A stretch of DNA of 64,000 nucleotides from Lachnospiraceae bacterium Zagget2 (GTDB taxonomy: Bacteria > Bacillota > Clostridia > Lachnospirales > Lachnospiraceae): contig MSHD01000030.1 in assembly GCA_001941045.1 (NCBI GenBank), forward strand, positions 19,528 to 83,527, in the 5' to 3' direction. Position numbers and translations under genes: made by a program. The notes below the pieces were generated by a model. The model was not told the origin of the DNA. It saw only the letters and a list, made by a program, of their open reading frames with translations, and searched no databases. Positions 36,906 to 47,420 of this stretch are shown here, piece by piece (positions within the stretch are counted from its first letter, which is position 1; each line of letters opens with the position of its first letter).

Positions 36906-38380
36906 ATTTTCATCTCGTCAGCCCACTTCTCCATGTCGATGTCCATGAACTTCGCACGTTCGAAGCGTTCTTTCTGGTCATAGGGTACCGTGCAGTCGAA
37001 GATCGCCTTGCAGGCCACGCCCACCGCGCGGATATCCGGTGTGTACTCGGGATTGTTCGACGGGTCGAGCGGATGGCACTGCACGCCCGGTATCATGATA
37101 ATATCCTTGTCCGCCTGGAAGCGCGTCGTCATCGCCCACAGCACATCCTTGATGTCAAAGGGATCGACGTCTTCATCTACCAGAAATACATGTTTGAGCT
37201 CTGCGAAGGCGCTGAAAGCCAGCAAACCCGCCTGTCTCTGCCGCCCTTCATCGGAAGGCATTGTCTTTTTGAACTGCATGACCGCAATGTATTTCCCACC
37301 ACCTGAGGAGGCGCAGTACACATTCTTAAGTCTGCCGGGCATGGCCTTCTCCACCATGGCGAGGATGCTGGCCTCGGTCGGTATACCCGCCATGGAGACG
37401 TGCTCCTCGGACGGTCCGATGCAGGTCTGCATGATCGGGTTCCGCCGCGTTGTGACCGCCTTGACCTTGATGATCGGCAGCGCCGGATTGGCCGGTCCGC
37501 AGTATCCGGGGAACTCAGGCATCGCCTTGCCGGTGCCGGACTGAATATCCTCCTGAATCCTTCTTCCCGGCAGCACTTCTCCTTCGATCACATACTCCGC
37601 GTTCGCGATCGCGCGCTCATTGATCGTCAGGCATTTCACCAGCTCCACCGGTTTCTTCCGGATCGCGCCCGCAGCCTGCAGCTCGTCATAACCGAGCGGC
37701 GTCGTGGGCGGCTCAAAGCAGGCCGCAATCTCGATCGCCGGATCCACTCCGATCGAAATCGAGATGGGAAGCGGTTCATTCCGCGCTTCCGCCAGCTCGT
37801 AGAAATGTCCGATATGGCGCGCACCCGGCTGGAAGAAAATTGAAATCTCATCCTTGCTCTGCAGGCACATGCGGTGAATCGTCACATCCGAGGTCCCGGT
37901 CTCCGGGCTCGTCGCGTAGCACATGCCGAGCGTGATATAGGGGCCGGCGTCCTCCTCCGTGTTCGTCGGGGCCGGAACCAGCTTCCTCACATCAAAGTCG
38001 GGATCCGTCGCCAGATGCACGATTTCCTGGCACTTTGCCTGCTCATTCGGGATCACAACCGGCGGCAGCGGGTTGGATACGCTGTCCTTCAGCAGAAATC
38101 CCAGCTTCTGCGGATCACAGTCCAGCAGCGCTCCCACGCGCTTTCTGCTTGCCAGCACACCGATCGCGACGCGCGCGTCCGGGTGTCCTTTCACATTGTT
38201 AAATACCATCGCCGGGCCTTCCTTTGTGGGGCGCATCACCGTCCCGCCTGCTCCCACATGGCGATAAACGCCGGAGAGCTCCGCCATTGGCTCGACCTCC
38301 ACATCCGTTTCCAGCAGCTGCCCCGGCATCGTTTTTAAAAATTCCAGGGCTGAACGCAGGCTGTCTACCTGATTTCCCAT
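36902..38380 (-). CDS. lpdC: UbiD-family decarboxylase, LpdC/AroY (gallate/protocatechuate) type
   Basis: AELSGVYRHVGAGGTVMRPTKEGPAM matches the AroY/LpdC N-terminus; DVTIHRMC, PEFPGYCG, EEHVSMAGIPTEASI, HPLDPS. Confidence 0.85.
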   Translation of the reverse strand: MGNQVDSLRSALEFLKTMPGQLLETDVEVEPMAELSGVYRHVGAGGTVMRPTKEGPAMVFNNVKGHPDARVAIGVLASRKRVGALLDCDPQKLGFLLKDSVSNPLPPVVIPNEQAKCQEIVHLATDPDFDVRKLVPAPTNTEEDAGPYITLGMCYATSPETGTSDVTIHRMCLQSKDEISIFFQPGARHIGHFYELAEARNEPLPISISIGVDPAIEIAACFEPPTTPLGYDELQAAGAIRKKPVELVKCLTINERAIANAEYVIEGEVLPGRRIQEDIQSGTGKAMPEFPGYCGPANPALPIIKVKAVTTRRNPIMQTCIGPSEEHVSMAGIPTEASILAMVEKAMPGRLKNVYCASSGGGKYIAVMQFKKTMPSDEGRQRQAGLLAFSAFAELKHVFLVDEDVDPFDIKDVLWAMTTRFQADKDIIMIPGVQCHPLDPSNNPEYTPDIRAVGVACKAIFDCTVPYDQKERFERAKFMDIDMEKWADEMKI

Positions 38381-38393
38381 AGCTTTCCTCCTT

Positions 38394-40781
38394 TTATTTT
38401 ACAGCTTCTGTAAGCTCTCCCCGCAGAAGAACCTTCTTTCCGCAGAGTTCCAGACGGACGTCCTCCGTTCCTGTGAGATTCTTCACTCTTACCTTTTCAT
38501 GATCCGCCGACACCTCCAGTTTCTGGCCCCGCCAGAGAATCGTATATACCAGGCGGCTCCATTCCTTCGGAAGGAAGGGGGCGATGCGAAGCTCTCCGCC
38601 GAGCATACGCAGTCCGCCGAAGCCATAGACCACACCCTGCCAGATTCCGCCGAACGAGGCGGTATGAATACCCGCATTCGAGCTGCCCATGACCGGTCCC
38701 AGATCGATCTGCGCGGATTTCTCAAAGAGATCATAGGCCATCTCCCCTTCCCGCATATCCGCGGCCAGCACCGCATGCGTGCAGAGGGAAAGCGACGAAT
38801 CATGCAGCGTCCTTGCCGCGTAATATTCCCAGGTCGCAGCCTTGACCTCGTGTGGGAACAGCTCCTCCAGCAGGAAAAACAGCACCAGCACATCCGCCTG
38901 CTTGCTGACCTGTATCTGATTGATCTGGGTCAGATTATAGTCGCGGAAGATTCCGTTCACGAAATCCTGCGACCTGTACTTGGACAGATCGATATCCTTC
39001 AGTGTCAGATAGGTGGAGTCCTGAGGCAGAATTCCCTGTTCATTCGGCACCGGCAGAAATACCCTGTCCACCTTTTCCGTCCACTGCTGATAATATGTCT
39101 CGAGATCCAGCTTCTCACACAGCCGCGCAAAGAGTTCCGGTTTCTGCTCCTTCAGAAGCTCATAGTATTCCATCGCCTTGCGGATGTTCCACACCGCAAG
39201 ATAATTTGTGAAGGCGTTGTCGGTCTTGTGCTCCTTGTACTCGTCGGGTCCCACCACATCGCAGATATGATAGAGACCGTCGTCCGTGACTGTCTCCGAG
39301 AATTCGGTCACCCCGGTCTTGGGGTTGATGCTCTCGTGAATCTGGCGGCACTTATCCTCCAGTCTCGACATCCAGAAACGCGCCGTATCAAAGATCAGCT
39401 CATAGCCGTAGCGCTCCATATAATCCTCGTCCCCGGTGATCGCGTAATACTGCCACACGCCGAAGGCCACATCCGCCGTGATGTGCTGCTCGATAAATCC
39501 CGACCATACCTTGATGGGAAGTCCCGTGACGATATCCACATCCTGATATTCCGGCGTCACCTCGCCATCGTCCAGCCATGCGGATTCCCAGGGAAACATC
39601 GCTCCCTGATAGCCATTGTGCTCTGCCTTCCGGTGCTCGCCCGGCAGCGACAGATAGCGGTACTCCTCCAGCTTGCGGGCCGTCTCCGGCTGCGTGAAGA
39701 TATAGTAGGGAAGCAGGAAAATCTCGGTGTCCCAGAAGCAATGCCCCCGGTAACCCTCGCCGGAAAGTCCCTTCGCGCCGATATTCAGCCGGTTGTCGTG
39801 CGCCGGCACCATCAGCCGCAGATGGTACTGCGCAAAACGGATCGCAAACTGATCGAAATCATTCCCCTCGATCGTGATGGGAATTCTGTCCCAGACCTCC
39901 TGCTTCCAGGCAGCCCCGGTTTCTGATGCGAGCGCGTCATATCCCAGCTCCAGCAGACCCTTCAGATCCGCGAGGGATCTCGTCTGCAGTTCAGAAACAG
40001 TCGCGCCTTCCGCGTCAAAATCCCGCGTTGTGAAGACGTTACAGTACTTTTCGATCGTCAGCGTTTCTCCCTGCTCCGCCTCCAGCTCGTATCCGCCGTA
40101 CACCTTCCGCAGCTCCATATACACCTGCGTCGGGACGTCCAGTTCCTCGCCATTCTTCGCGAAACGGTGCACCGTATTCAGCACAAAGCTGATGCCTGAC
40201 TCCGTCGTCTTCGGCACAAACTGCATGTATCTGTTTTCATAAAAGCGTTTGTCGCCGTCCGTGAAATGCTGTGCACCGGTGTTGGTGACGCGCCCGTCGA
40301 TACCGGAGCGGACTTTGATTTCCATTTTCCCGGAGAGCGGCGTGATCTCCACGCGGCTCGCGAAATCATGAAGCCTCTCAAGAGATACGACTCTGCGAAA
40401 ATGCAGCCTCACCTGGTCGCCCTCCGGCGAGGTCCACACGACCTTCCTTGTAAGCTCCGCTTTGCGGATGTCAAGCTCTCTTTCGTATTCCTCGATTTTC
40501 CCCTTCTCCAGGTTAAAGCGCACGCCGTTCAGCCACAGCTCGATCGCCGTCATGTCCGGGGCATTCGGGAGCTCAGTCACCGCGGTCGGGTCAGATTTGT
40601 TGAAGGTTCCGCCCACCAGCAGATCCCGCGTTTCATGCAGGTACTTCTCCTCCGTCGCGCTGCGCAGCCCGAGATAGCCGTTTCCCAGCGACATCACCGC
40701 CTCGCACTTCCCAAGCTGTTCTTCGTCAAAACAGTCCTCCCGGAGAATCCAGTCGTTTATCTTACTGTAATCCATTCCCAT
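38394..40781 (-). CDS. Glycoside hydrolase family 65 (alpha-glucoside phosphorylase-like)
   Basis: GNGYLGLRSATEE, GAKGLSGEGYRGHCFWDTE, VVGPDEY, SKQAD, HDSSLS, GIHTASFGGIW; start reset to MGMDYSK. Confidence 0.92.
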   Translation of the reverse strand: MGMDYSKINDWILREDCFDEEQLGKCEAVMSLGNGYLGLRSATEEKYLHETRDLLVGGTFNKSDPTAVTELPNAPDMTAIELWLNGVRFNLEKGKIEEYERELDIRKAELTRKVVWTSPEGDQVRLHFRRVVSLERLHDFASRVEITPLSGKMEIKVRSGIDGRVTNTGAQHFTDGDKRFYENRYMQFVPKTTESGISFVLNTVHRFAKNGEELDVPTQVYMELRKVYGGYELEAEQGETLTIEKYCNVFTTRDFDAEGATVSELQTRSLADLKGLLELGYDALASETGAAWKQEVWDRIPITIEGNDFDQFAIRFAQYHLRLMVPAHDNRLNIGAKGLSGEGYRGHCFWDTEIFLLPYYIFTQPETARKLEEYRYLSLPGEHRKAEHNGYQGAMFPWESAWLDDGEVTPEYQDVDIVTGLPIKVWSGFIEQHITADVAFGVWQYYAITGDEDYMERYGYELIFDTARFWMSRLEDKCRQIHESINPKTGVTEFSETVTDDGLYHICDVVGPDEYKEHKTDNAFTNYLAVWNIRKAMEYYELLKEQKPELFARLCEKLDLETYYQQWTEKVDRVFLPVPNEQGILPQDSTYLTLKDIDLSKYRSQDFVNGIFRDYNLTQINQIQVSKQADVLVLFFLLEELFPHEVKAATWEYYAARTLHDSSLSLCTHAVLAADMREGEMAYDLFEKSAQIDLGPVMGSSNAGIHTASFGGIWQGVVYGFGGLRMLGGELRIAPFLPKEWSRLVYTILWRGQKLEVSADHEKVRVKNLTGTEDVRLELCGKKVLLRGELTEAVK

Positions 40782-40797
40782 GGTTTTTCTCCCCGTA

Positions 40798-42534
40798 TTA
40801 ACGCGCGCAGATCGATTCGATCCAGTCACAGAGCTCGCCCGGATAGTCCGCCTCACAGTGCGGCTTATCCCACACGAGCGCATAGTCCACATCCTTCCCC
40901 GCATTCGCAAGCTCCAGAGCCAGCGTCATGCTGACAGAGAAGGAGGTGTCGGCGTCGCCTGCGCCCACGCGGATCCGATAATGCTCCGCACAGTCGCTCT
41001 TCTCTTCCGTGCCGATATAGTTCAGCGGATTGATCAGGTATTTCTGCCTGGTAAGCGCGCTGTCTTCCGCCACCTGCGCGTATTTCTCATAATAACGCGC
41101 ATACTCTTCCGGAAATGCTTCCTTTAGGGAGGCAATCGCGTCGGCGATCTGCCCGGAAAAATGAGTGACCGGCATCGCCGCATCTCCAAATACCTTATTT
41201 TCCCCGCTGCTGCAGTTCAGCACGTCAAACGCCGTACAGGGCTTCATCCTGCGCCTGTGCGCGAGTACATAGCTGTCGAGATCGGAGACCGCGGCGGTAC
41301 TTCCGTCCCACTTCAGCCAGCCGCTCTTATCTTTTCCCTGCGCCATCACGGTCGGCGGCACAAAGGGCGGCGGGGTCGGCACTCCCTTCGGCGGTCTGGA
41401 AACCATGTCTCCGAGCGTCGGAGGCTCTGCGGGCGCGTCCCCTGCCATGCCCGCGGGCGGCTTTCGGAGCGCCACGCCCGGTCCGGCATGACCCTGCATC
41501 AGATCGGACTCATCGTCCTTGTTGTCTCCGCCCATCGGCGCTGCGATCTCGTAAGTGTAATTTCCCTTCAGATAATCATCCGCCGTATAGCTTTCCGCAA
41601 GTTCTCCTCTGTCCAGCTTTCCAAGGAACTTCGTCGCGGACTGATTCAGAAGATTCATCAGATACGCGTATCCGCTGCCGCTTCTGCCATCCGCGCCAAG
41701 CATGATCGCCGCGCCTGTCTTCGGATCTTTCAGGCCAAGACCATTAAAATACGCGATATAGGCCTCCTTCAGCTTTCCGGAGAGCGCCTCCTCAAACGGA
41801 GTCATCGTCCCGGCCGGTCCCGCAGGCGAGGCCTCGTTCTCCTTATCCGCCGAGAACATCCACTCATACGCGAGATCCGCGTGTTCCAGATCGATGATCG
41901 GACAGTAAATCTGTGAAGCATATACGTCGTCGCGCTCTTCCATGAAAGCGCCCGCTTCTTTTAAAGCTTCTTCATAATTCGCGCTGTTTCCTGTCACGCC
42001 GACCAGCGTGGACATCGCCCCGCCGGCACTCCAGCCAACAGAGATGATCCGATCCATATCGCCCGGAATCAGCGCGCTGTTATGACGCAGGAAGCGCAAC
42101 GCCATCTTCAGATCGATCAGATTCGCCGGCGCCTTGCCGCAGCGCCGCCCTTTTGCATCCTTCGACTCATGCCCCCGGTTCCCGCTTGTCACATACACAA
42201 ATCCTCTCTCGAGATACTGCGGACCGAAGCAGCGCGGTCCGCCGAGCCACATATGCGGCATCTGCATATAGCCCGCAGAATTGTTATTGAAAATGACGGG
42301 CGCTGTCTTCGCCGTGTAGCCGTTCATGCTGCCCTGCGGATCGATCACACCGCCCTCCTTCATATAGGGCTCAGGAACAAAAATACTCATCCGCTGAAAT
42401 TTCGGGCATTCTGCTTTTGGCGTATACAGAATATCTTCCAGGCACCAGCAGTTGTAGGTTTCATCAAAAAACCACTGATCCTGCACTTCAGACAGTTCCA
42501 TGGTCTGATTAATCACCGGAATATCATTTCCCAT
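40798..42534 (-). CDS. Subtype-B tannase-like esterase, no signal peptide
   Basis: NGYTAKTAPVIF, GKAPANLIDLKMALRFLRHN..IPGDMDRIISVGWSAGGAMS, YCPIIDLEHADLAYEW, RIRVGAGDADTS, WDKPH. Confidence 0.78.
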   Translation of the reverse strand: MGNDIPVINQTMELSEVQDQWFFDETYNCWCLEDILYTPKAECPKFQRMSIFVPEPYMKEGGVIDPQGSMNGYTAKTAPVIFNNNSAGYMQMPHMWLGGPRCFGPQYLERGFVYVTSGNRGHESKDAKGRRCGKAPANLIDLKMALRFLRHNSALIPGDMDRIISVGWSAGGAMSTLVGVTGNSANYEEALKEAGAFMEERDDVYASQIYCPIIDLEHADLAYEWMFSADKENEASPAGPAGTMTPFEEALSGKLKEAYIAYFNGLGLKDPKTGAAIMLGADGRSGSGYAYLMNLLNQSATKFLGKLDRGELAESYTADDYLKGNYTYEIAAPMGGDNKDDESDLMQGHAGPGVALRKPPAGMAGDAPAEPPTLGDMVSRPPKGVPTPPPFVPPTVMAQGKDKSGWLKWDGSTAAVSDLDSYVLAHRRRMKPCTAFDVLNCSSGENKVFGDAAMPVTHFSGQIADAIASLKEAFPEEYARYYEKYAQVAEDSALTRQKYLINPLNYIGTEEKSDCAEHYRIRVGAGDADTSFSVSMTLALELANAGKDVDYALVWDKPHCEADYPGELCDWIESICAR

Positions 42535-42555
42535 TATTTTCTCTCACCTCCTGTT

Positions 42556-43201
42556 TTATAATAGCACAATCTTCTTTAATTCTTCAATGGACTGCATGGG
42601 CCAGGTGGCCGTCTCTGCCGCCTCTCCGATCCCGGCGCTGTCCATCCCTCCGCGCGTCGCGGCTGTCACGCCGGCCTTCGCATCCTCCACGACCAGACAC
42701 TTTTCCGGGGAAAGTCCCAGCATTTCAGCCGCTTTCAGGAACACCTCCGGATCCGGCTTGGAATGCGTGATATTCGTCCCGTCGCTGACCGCGTCAAAAC
42801 AGTTTTCCAGCCCCAGCCTTTCCAGTATCAGTTTTGTATTTTTACTGGACGAGCCGATCGCGATCCGGATTCCGGCCTTCTTCAGCGTTCTCAGCACATC
42901 CTGCACATCCGCCGGAAGATCTTTCTCCGACATCTGAAAGAGCAGTTCCCGGTACATCCGGTTTTTTTTCTCACACAGTCTTTCCTTTTCCTCCGGAGAA
43001 TAGCTCCGCTCTGCCTTTTCCAGGATAATCTCCAGGCTCGCCATCCGGCTCACGCCCCTTAAGCGGTCGTTTGATTTTCCCGTCAAAATAAATGCCTTCT
43101 TCATCCGCGATGGCTTTCCACGCAAGATAATGATACTTGTCTGTAAAACAGATCACACCGTCCAGGTCAAAAATCACCGCCTGATATCGCACTCTTTTCA
43201 C
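42556..43201 (-). pseudogene. pgmB: Beta-phosphoglucomutase, split by a +1 frameshift
   Basis: IFDLDGVICFTDKYHYLAWK in one frame; NDRLRGVSRMASL..SSSKN..KPDPEVF..VVEDA in another; extra A at about 43072-43074. Confidence 0.85.
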
Positions 43202-43204
43202 CTC

Positions 43205-44842
43205 CTACAGGCGCGCGTCCGGCAGGCCGCAGAACGCGTCGACAGGGGACACTCCCTTAAATTCACTTTTTCCGAGCAGCTTTTCGATCACCGCTTCAAT
43301 CATTGCGCGATGACAGCTGTACGCATTGATATAAGTCTTCACCCGCGGCACGTCCTGCAGATGATAAGGATTGGAGAAGGAAACAAAGACAGCACTTTCT
43401 TCCCACACATGACGCGGCACGTCGAGTGCGTGCTTTTTCGCCCAGTTCAGCCGGATCGTAGTCTGATTGGAGGCATGCTCGCAATTTGCCAGATACAGCG
43501 TCAGCCGTTTCCTGTCAAGCGCACCGGTCCCGTGCATCTCTTCCTTTTCGATATCAAAGCGCTCCGTCTGAAAGCCTTCCCTTTGCAGGATTTCCTCCGC
43601 GATCGCGGTCATACTGCCATCCACCGTATGGTCATTTCCGAGCGTCACCAGCCGGATAAGAGGATATTCCTCGGGGCTGATCGGAAGCAGTTCTTCTATA
43701 TTTTTTACAAGTGTCACGCATTTATCCGCGCATTCTGCCTGCCACAGCTTCGCCTCTGGCATCGGCTCCGTCTTCGGCCTGTTTCCTGCGACTTTTGCCT
43801 TCAGAGCCAGAATGCGGCTGACCTCTTCGTCAAGACGCGACTCCGTCAAAGCCCCACTTTCCAGGCCGTCCAGCATATACTGGTAATCCTCGTAAAAATC
43901 TGTGCTGAATACCAGCATATCACAACCCGCCGCGATAGCGGTCGGTATCGCATGCCGCCGCGGCATCGCCTGCGTAAATCCGCTCATGATCGTCGCATCC
44001 GTCGTGATCAGGCCGTTAAAGCCAAAACGCTCACGCAGCACGCCCGTGAGCAGCTCCCGGCAGAGCGATCCCGGCAGACAGTCCTCAAAGCGCAGCTTTG
44101 GATTGATCTCCATCGCCACATTTGGCTGTACGATATGTCCCACCATGACGCTCATCAGGCCGTCCTCGATCAGCTGCTGATAGATTGCTCCATAGCTGGC
44201 AAACCAGTCCTTTGCCGACAGACTGTTGTAGGTCGGATGCAGGTGCTGATCCCGGAAATCCACGCCATCCCCCGGAAAATGCTTCGCGCAGGCCGCCATT
44301 TCGTTTTTCTGCAAAGTTTTTACATAAACGGAGCAGAGCCGTTTGACGCGCTCTACATCTGAGCCGCAGGTACGGACATTGGTGATCGGATTCCGGTAAT
44401 TCATGTCGATATCGCATACCGGGGAAAAGGCCCAGTTGACCCCCGTCATCTGCCCCTCCCGGGCGCAGACGGTGGCGAACTTCTCCATCATTCCGTCCTC
44501 ATCCGTCGCCGCCACAGTCATCGGCCAGCCAAAGAAGGTACCGTCGCTGATTGCTCCGCTTCCGCCCTCCTCCAGGTTCGCCGCCCGCAGAAGGGGAATC
44601 CTGGCAGCGGCGTCCAGCACAGCGTACCAGTCCCTGATATCCGCCGCGGGCGCGGGGCGATAGAGGACGCCGCCCACATTGTACTCGGTGACGATCCGCT
44701 CCAGCTCCTTCAGTTCAAAATCACCGCCCATCACACAGAAAAGCTGCCCCACCTTCTGCCGGACGGACAGGGAATCCCGCGTCTCATTGACCCAGCGCAG
44801 CTCCTCCTCCGTCAGATAAAACGGCTTCTTCCTTAAATCCAT
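43205..44842 (-). CDS. Glycoside hydrolase family 3
   Basis: NLEEGG, FSPVCDI, NPITNVR, KHFPGDG, MSVMVGHI, ITTDAT; no signal peptide; start reset to MDLRKKP. Confidence 0.9.
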   Translation of the reverse strand: MDLRKKPFYLTEEELRWVNETRDSLSVRQKVGQLFCVMGGDFELKELERIVTEYNVGGVLYRPAPAADIRDWYAVLDAAARIPLLRAANLEEGGSGAISDGTFFGWPMTVAATDEDGMMEKFATVCAREGQMTGVNWAFSPVCDIDMNYRNPITNVRTCGSDVERVKRLCSVYVKTLQKNEMAACAKHFPGDGVDFRDQHLHPTYNSLSAKDWFASYGAIYQQLIEDGLMSVMVGHIVQPNVAMEINPKLRFEDCLPGSLCRELLTGVLRERFGFNGLITTDATIMSGFTQAMPRRHAIPTAIAAGCDMLVFSTDFYEDYQYMLDGLESGALTESRLDEEVSRILALKAKVAGNRPKTEPMPEAKLWQAECADKCVTLVKNIEELLPISPEEYPLIRLVTLGNDHTVDGSMTAIAEEILQREGFQTERFDIEKEEMHGTGALDRKRLTLYLANCEHASNQTTIRLNWAKKHALDVPRHVWEESAVFVSFSNPYHLQDVPRVKTYINAYSCHRAMIEAVIEKLLGKSEFKGVSPVDAFCGLPDARL

Positions 44843-44862
44843 AAGCTCTCCTTTTAGGGGAT

Positions 44863-44892
44863 TGCCCCGGCGCCTTTGGGCGTGCCGGGGCA
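44863..44892. other. GC-rich intergenic stem-loop without U-tract
   Basis: TGCCCCGGC-GCC-TTTG-GGC-GT-GCCGGGGCA between esterase and GH3. Confidence 0.6.
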
Positions 44893-44896
44893 TCCT

Positions 44897-45832
44897 TTAG
44901 AGGTATTTGCTGATAAAGTTCCAGATAATATCCAGATTTTTATCCTCACCGTACTGTTTGTCTTCATGATCAGCTGTCGGCAGCGTTGTGAACTCCACGC
45001 GCTCCTCCCCGATTTTTGCCTTCACGGCTTCCACCAGCTTCACGGACTGCTGATATGGTACCAGCCGGTCCACACAACCATGCTGCACCAGCAGCGGCGC
45101 CATCCCATCATTGATATAGGTGATCGGATTCGCCTTCGCCAGATATTCCTTATCCAGCGTCGGGAGCGGACCGCCCATATAGCTGCTCTCCGCGGATTCC
45201 GGCTGGTCGTGGTCGACGAAGCTGACGCCGTTCTCGCGCGCCATATCGTCCATCACCGCGAAGTCCACCGGGCCGAACTGATCCACCGCCACATTGACAT
45301 GACAGTCTTCCGTAAAGCTTTTCCCCTCTTCCCCAGGGAACGCCCCGTTCGGGATGTTCATACCCAGTATCGCGCTTAAGTTTCCCCCGGCGGAACCACC
45401 GATTGTAGCCATGCGCTCCGGGTCAAGGCGATACTTCTGCGCATTCCTTTTCAGGAAGCGCACCGCCTCCCGGCAGTCCAACACCGCTGCGGGAAAGATT
45501 GCTTCCCCGCTCAGCCGGTACTCGATGGAGCCCACCGCGATCCCTTTTGCAAGGAATTTCAGATAGGTATCCATATGATCGTCGCGCTTGTCTCCCAGGC
45601 CAAAGCCGCCGCCGTGGATATGAAGTAGTACCGGGAATGGTCCTTTGCCATCCTCCGGATAATAGAGGTCCAACCGCTGATTCGGCGATTCCTCCGCGTA
45701 CTGCACATCCAGCAGCTTATCCTTCACCCAGCTGATATCCGCCATCTTCACCTGCATATCCGCAGGCGGTCCGTCAAAGCGGAGCGAGCCGTCCAGCGCG
45801 TCATAATCCAGTGTTTCCTTTTTTTCTTCCAT
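44897..45832 (-). CDS. Alpha/beta-hydrolase esterase (HSL/BD-FAE-like)
   Basis: IHGGGF, GGSAGG nucleophile, QHGCVDRLVP, ADHED. Confidence 0.88.
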   Translation of the reverse strand: MEEKKETLDYDALDGSLRFDGPPADMQVKMADISWVKDKLLDVQYAEESPNQRLDLYYPEDGKGPFPVLLHIHGGGFGLGDKRDDHMDTYLKFLAKGIAVGSIEYRLSGEAIFPAAVLDCREAVRFLKRNAQKYRLDPERMATIGGSAGGNLSAILGMNIPNGAFPGEEGKSFTEDCHVNVAVDQFGPVDFAVMDDMARENGVSFVDHDQPESAESSYMGGPLPTLDKEYLAKANPITYINDGMAPLLVQHGCVDRLVPYQQSVKLVEAVKAKIGEERVEFTTLPTADHEDKQYGEDKNLDIIWNFISKYL

Positions 45833-45850
45833 TTTCTGTCATCTCTCCTT

Positions 45851-47224
45851 TTACGCTTCCATCGGCGGTCTCTTGTCTCCGATCTGCGCGCGGATCTGCG
45901 GCATATATTTCTCCACGTCCATAAGCAGGATGCCGATGATCAGCAGGACCGCGAGGATCACGCCCAGCCAGCCAAAGCCGAAGCGCACGATATTGACCAC
46001 GGCCTCAGACTGCACCGCCGCAGTCGCCTCATAGCCCGCGAAGGCCAGCAGGAAAGCCGGAAGTGCCTGACCAAGTCCCATACCGATCTTGGAGCCGATA
46101 GACTGGGAGGAAGCCATGAATCCCTCTGAGCGGATACCGGTCTTCCATTCTCCATAGTCAGCGGCGTCCGCGCAGAACGCGTAGAGGCCGGCGAACATCG
46201 GGCTGATGCCGAGCGAACGAATCACGGTGCCCGCGAGCAGCATAGTGACATTGGCGCCCGCCATACCTGTCACAGCAAAGCCAATCGCCAGGATGATGCC
46301 ACAGCCGGTCAGGAAAATCCGCTTGGAAAATTTATTGGATATGTAGGGCATGAACAGCAGCATGATCAGTCCGGGCGCCTGGCCGAAAGCCATGAGCTGC
46401 ACCAGCACTGCCGGATTGTTCAGTACGATGTTGCAGTAGTAAATCTGGAACGCGACTGCGTTCGCGTTGATCAGCAGGATAATGACGCCGAGCACCAGCG
46501 CAATCCAGAAATAACGGTTTGTGAGGACCGCTTTCAGCTGCGTCATCATCGGAACGTCACTCTTCGGCGCGGGCGCTCCCGGGCCATCCATCTCGACGAC
46601 CTCATCCACACCGACCGTCTCCTTGCAGAACAGTCCCGGAATCATGATCAGCACGCAGGCGATCACGCCGAGAATCAGTCCGGTATTCGCCCAGCCGATC
46701 TGCAGGTACATGGCCGCGACCGCCGTGCTGACCACCAGACCAACAATGCCGTTCATCAAGGATGAGAAGGTGGACGTCGTGTTGCGGTCTTTCGGGTCGC
46801 GCGTCATACGTGCGAGCAGCGCGGTATGCGCGACGCCGACGATCGTGTAGACAATGCAGTTGACAAAAATATAGGTGACGTAAGCATATACAATCTTCGT
46901 GCCGTCAGCCCAGTTCGGATTGACGCGGAAGGTCAGCGTCATGCCGAGCAGCATCAGCGGGCCTGCGGCGATCAACCAGGGTCTCGCCTTGCCCAGTTTA
47001 CTTTTGGTTCTGTCCACCAGGCCGCCCATGACAAAGTCTGTGATACCGTCAAACACACGGCAGATCACCATCATGCTGGCCACAGCCGCCGCCGCGATCA
47101 GCGCGGTATCCGTGTAGTAACTCAAAAGGAAGCTGGCAAACACGGTACTGACAACATTGCCGCCTCCCGCGCCGCAGCCGTATGCCAGCTTTCGGCTTAC
47201 CGGGATCTTTTTACTTTCGTTCAT
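45851..47224 (-). CDS. GPH-family MFS glycoside:cation symporter
   Basis: RVFDGITDFVMGGLVDRTKSKLGKARPW, DAADYGEWKTGIRSEG; ~12 TM segments. Confidence 0.9.
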   Translation of the reverse strand: MNESKKIPVSRKLAYGCGAGGGNVVSTVFASFLLSYYTDTALIAAAAVASMMVICRVFDGITDFVMGGLVDRTKSKLGKARPWLIAAGPLMLLGMTLTFRVNPNWADGTKIVYAYVTYIFVNCIVYTIVGVAHTALLARMTRDPKDRNTTSTFSSLMNGIVGLVVSTAVAAMYLQIGWANTGLILGVIACVLIMIPGLFCKETVGVDEVVEMDGPGAPAPKSDVPMMTQLKAVLTNRYFWIALVLGVIILLINANAVAFQIYYCNIVLNNPAVLVQLMAFGQAPGLIMLLFMPYISNKFSKRIFLTGCGIILAIGFAVTGMAGANVTMLLAGTVIRSLGISPMFAGLYAFCADAADYGEWKTGIRSEGFMASSQSIGSKIGMGLGQALPAFLLAFAGYEATAAVQSEAVVNIVRFGFGWLGVILAVLLIIGILLMDVEKYMPQIRAQIGDKRPPMEA

Positions 47225-47331
47225 TATGAAATCTCCTTTTCCTTTCGGGTGGCGGGCCCTGCCATCCCATATCGCACAGTCACGTTTTATAAAACAGTTT
47301 TTGTGATATTTTCATTTTAATTCGACTTTTC

Positions 47332-47379
47332 TTGACAAACAATTCCAATAAAATGTATACTGATTCCAGATTGGAATCA
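47332..47379 (+). promoter_or_regulatory. LysR promoter and T-N11-A operator
   Basis: TTGACA(47332-37)-N18-TATACT(47356-61) overlapping TGATTCCA-GAT-TGGAATCA (47361-79). Confidence 0.75.
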
Positions 47380-47420
47380 TATTTTTTTATGCAAACTGTC
47401 GAATTGGAAGGGAGATAGAC

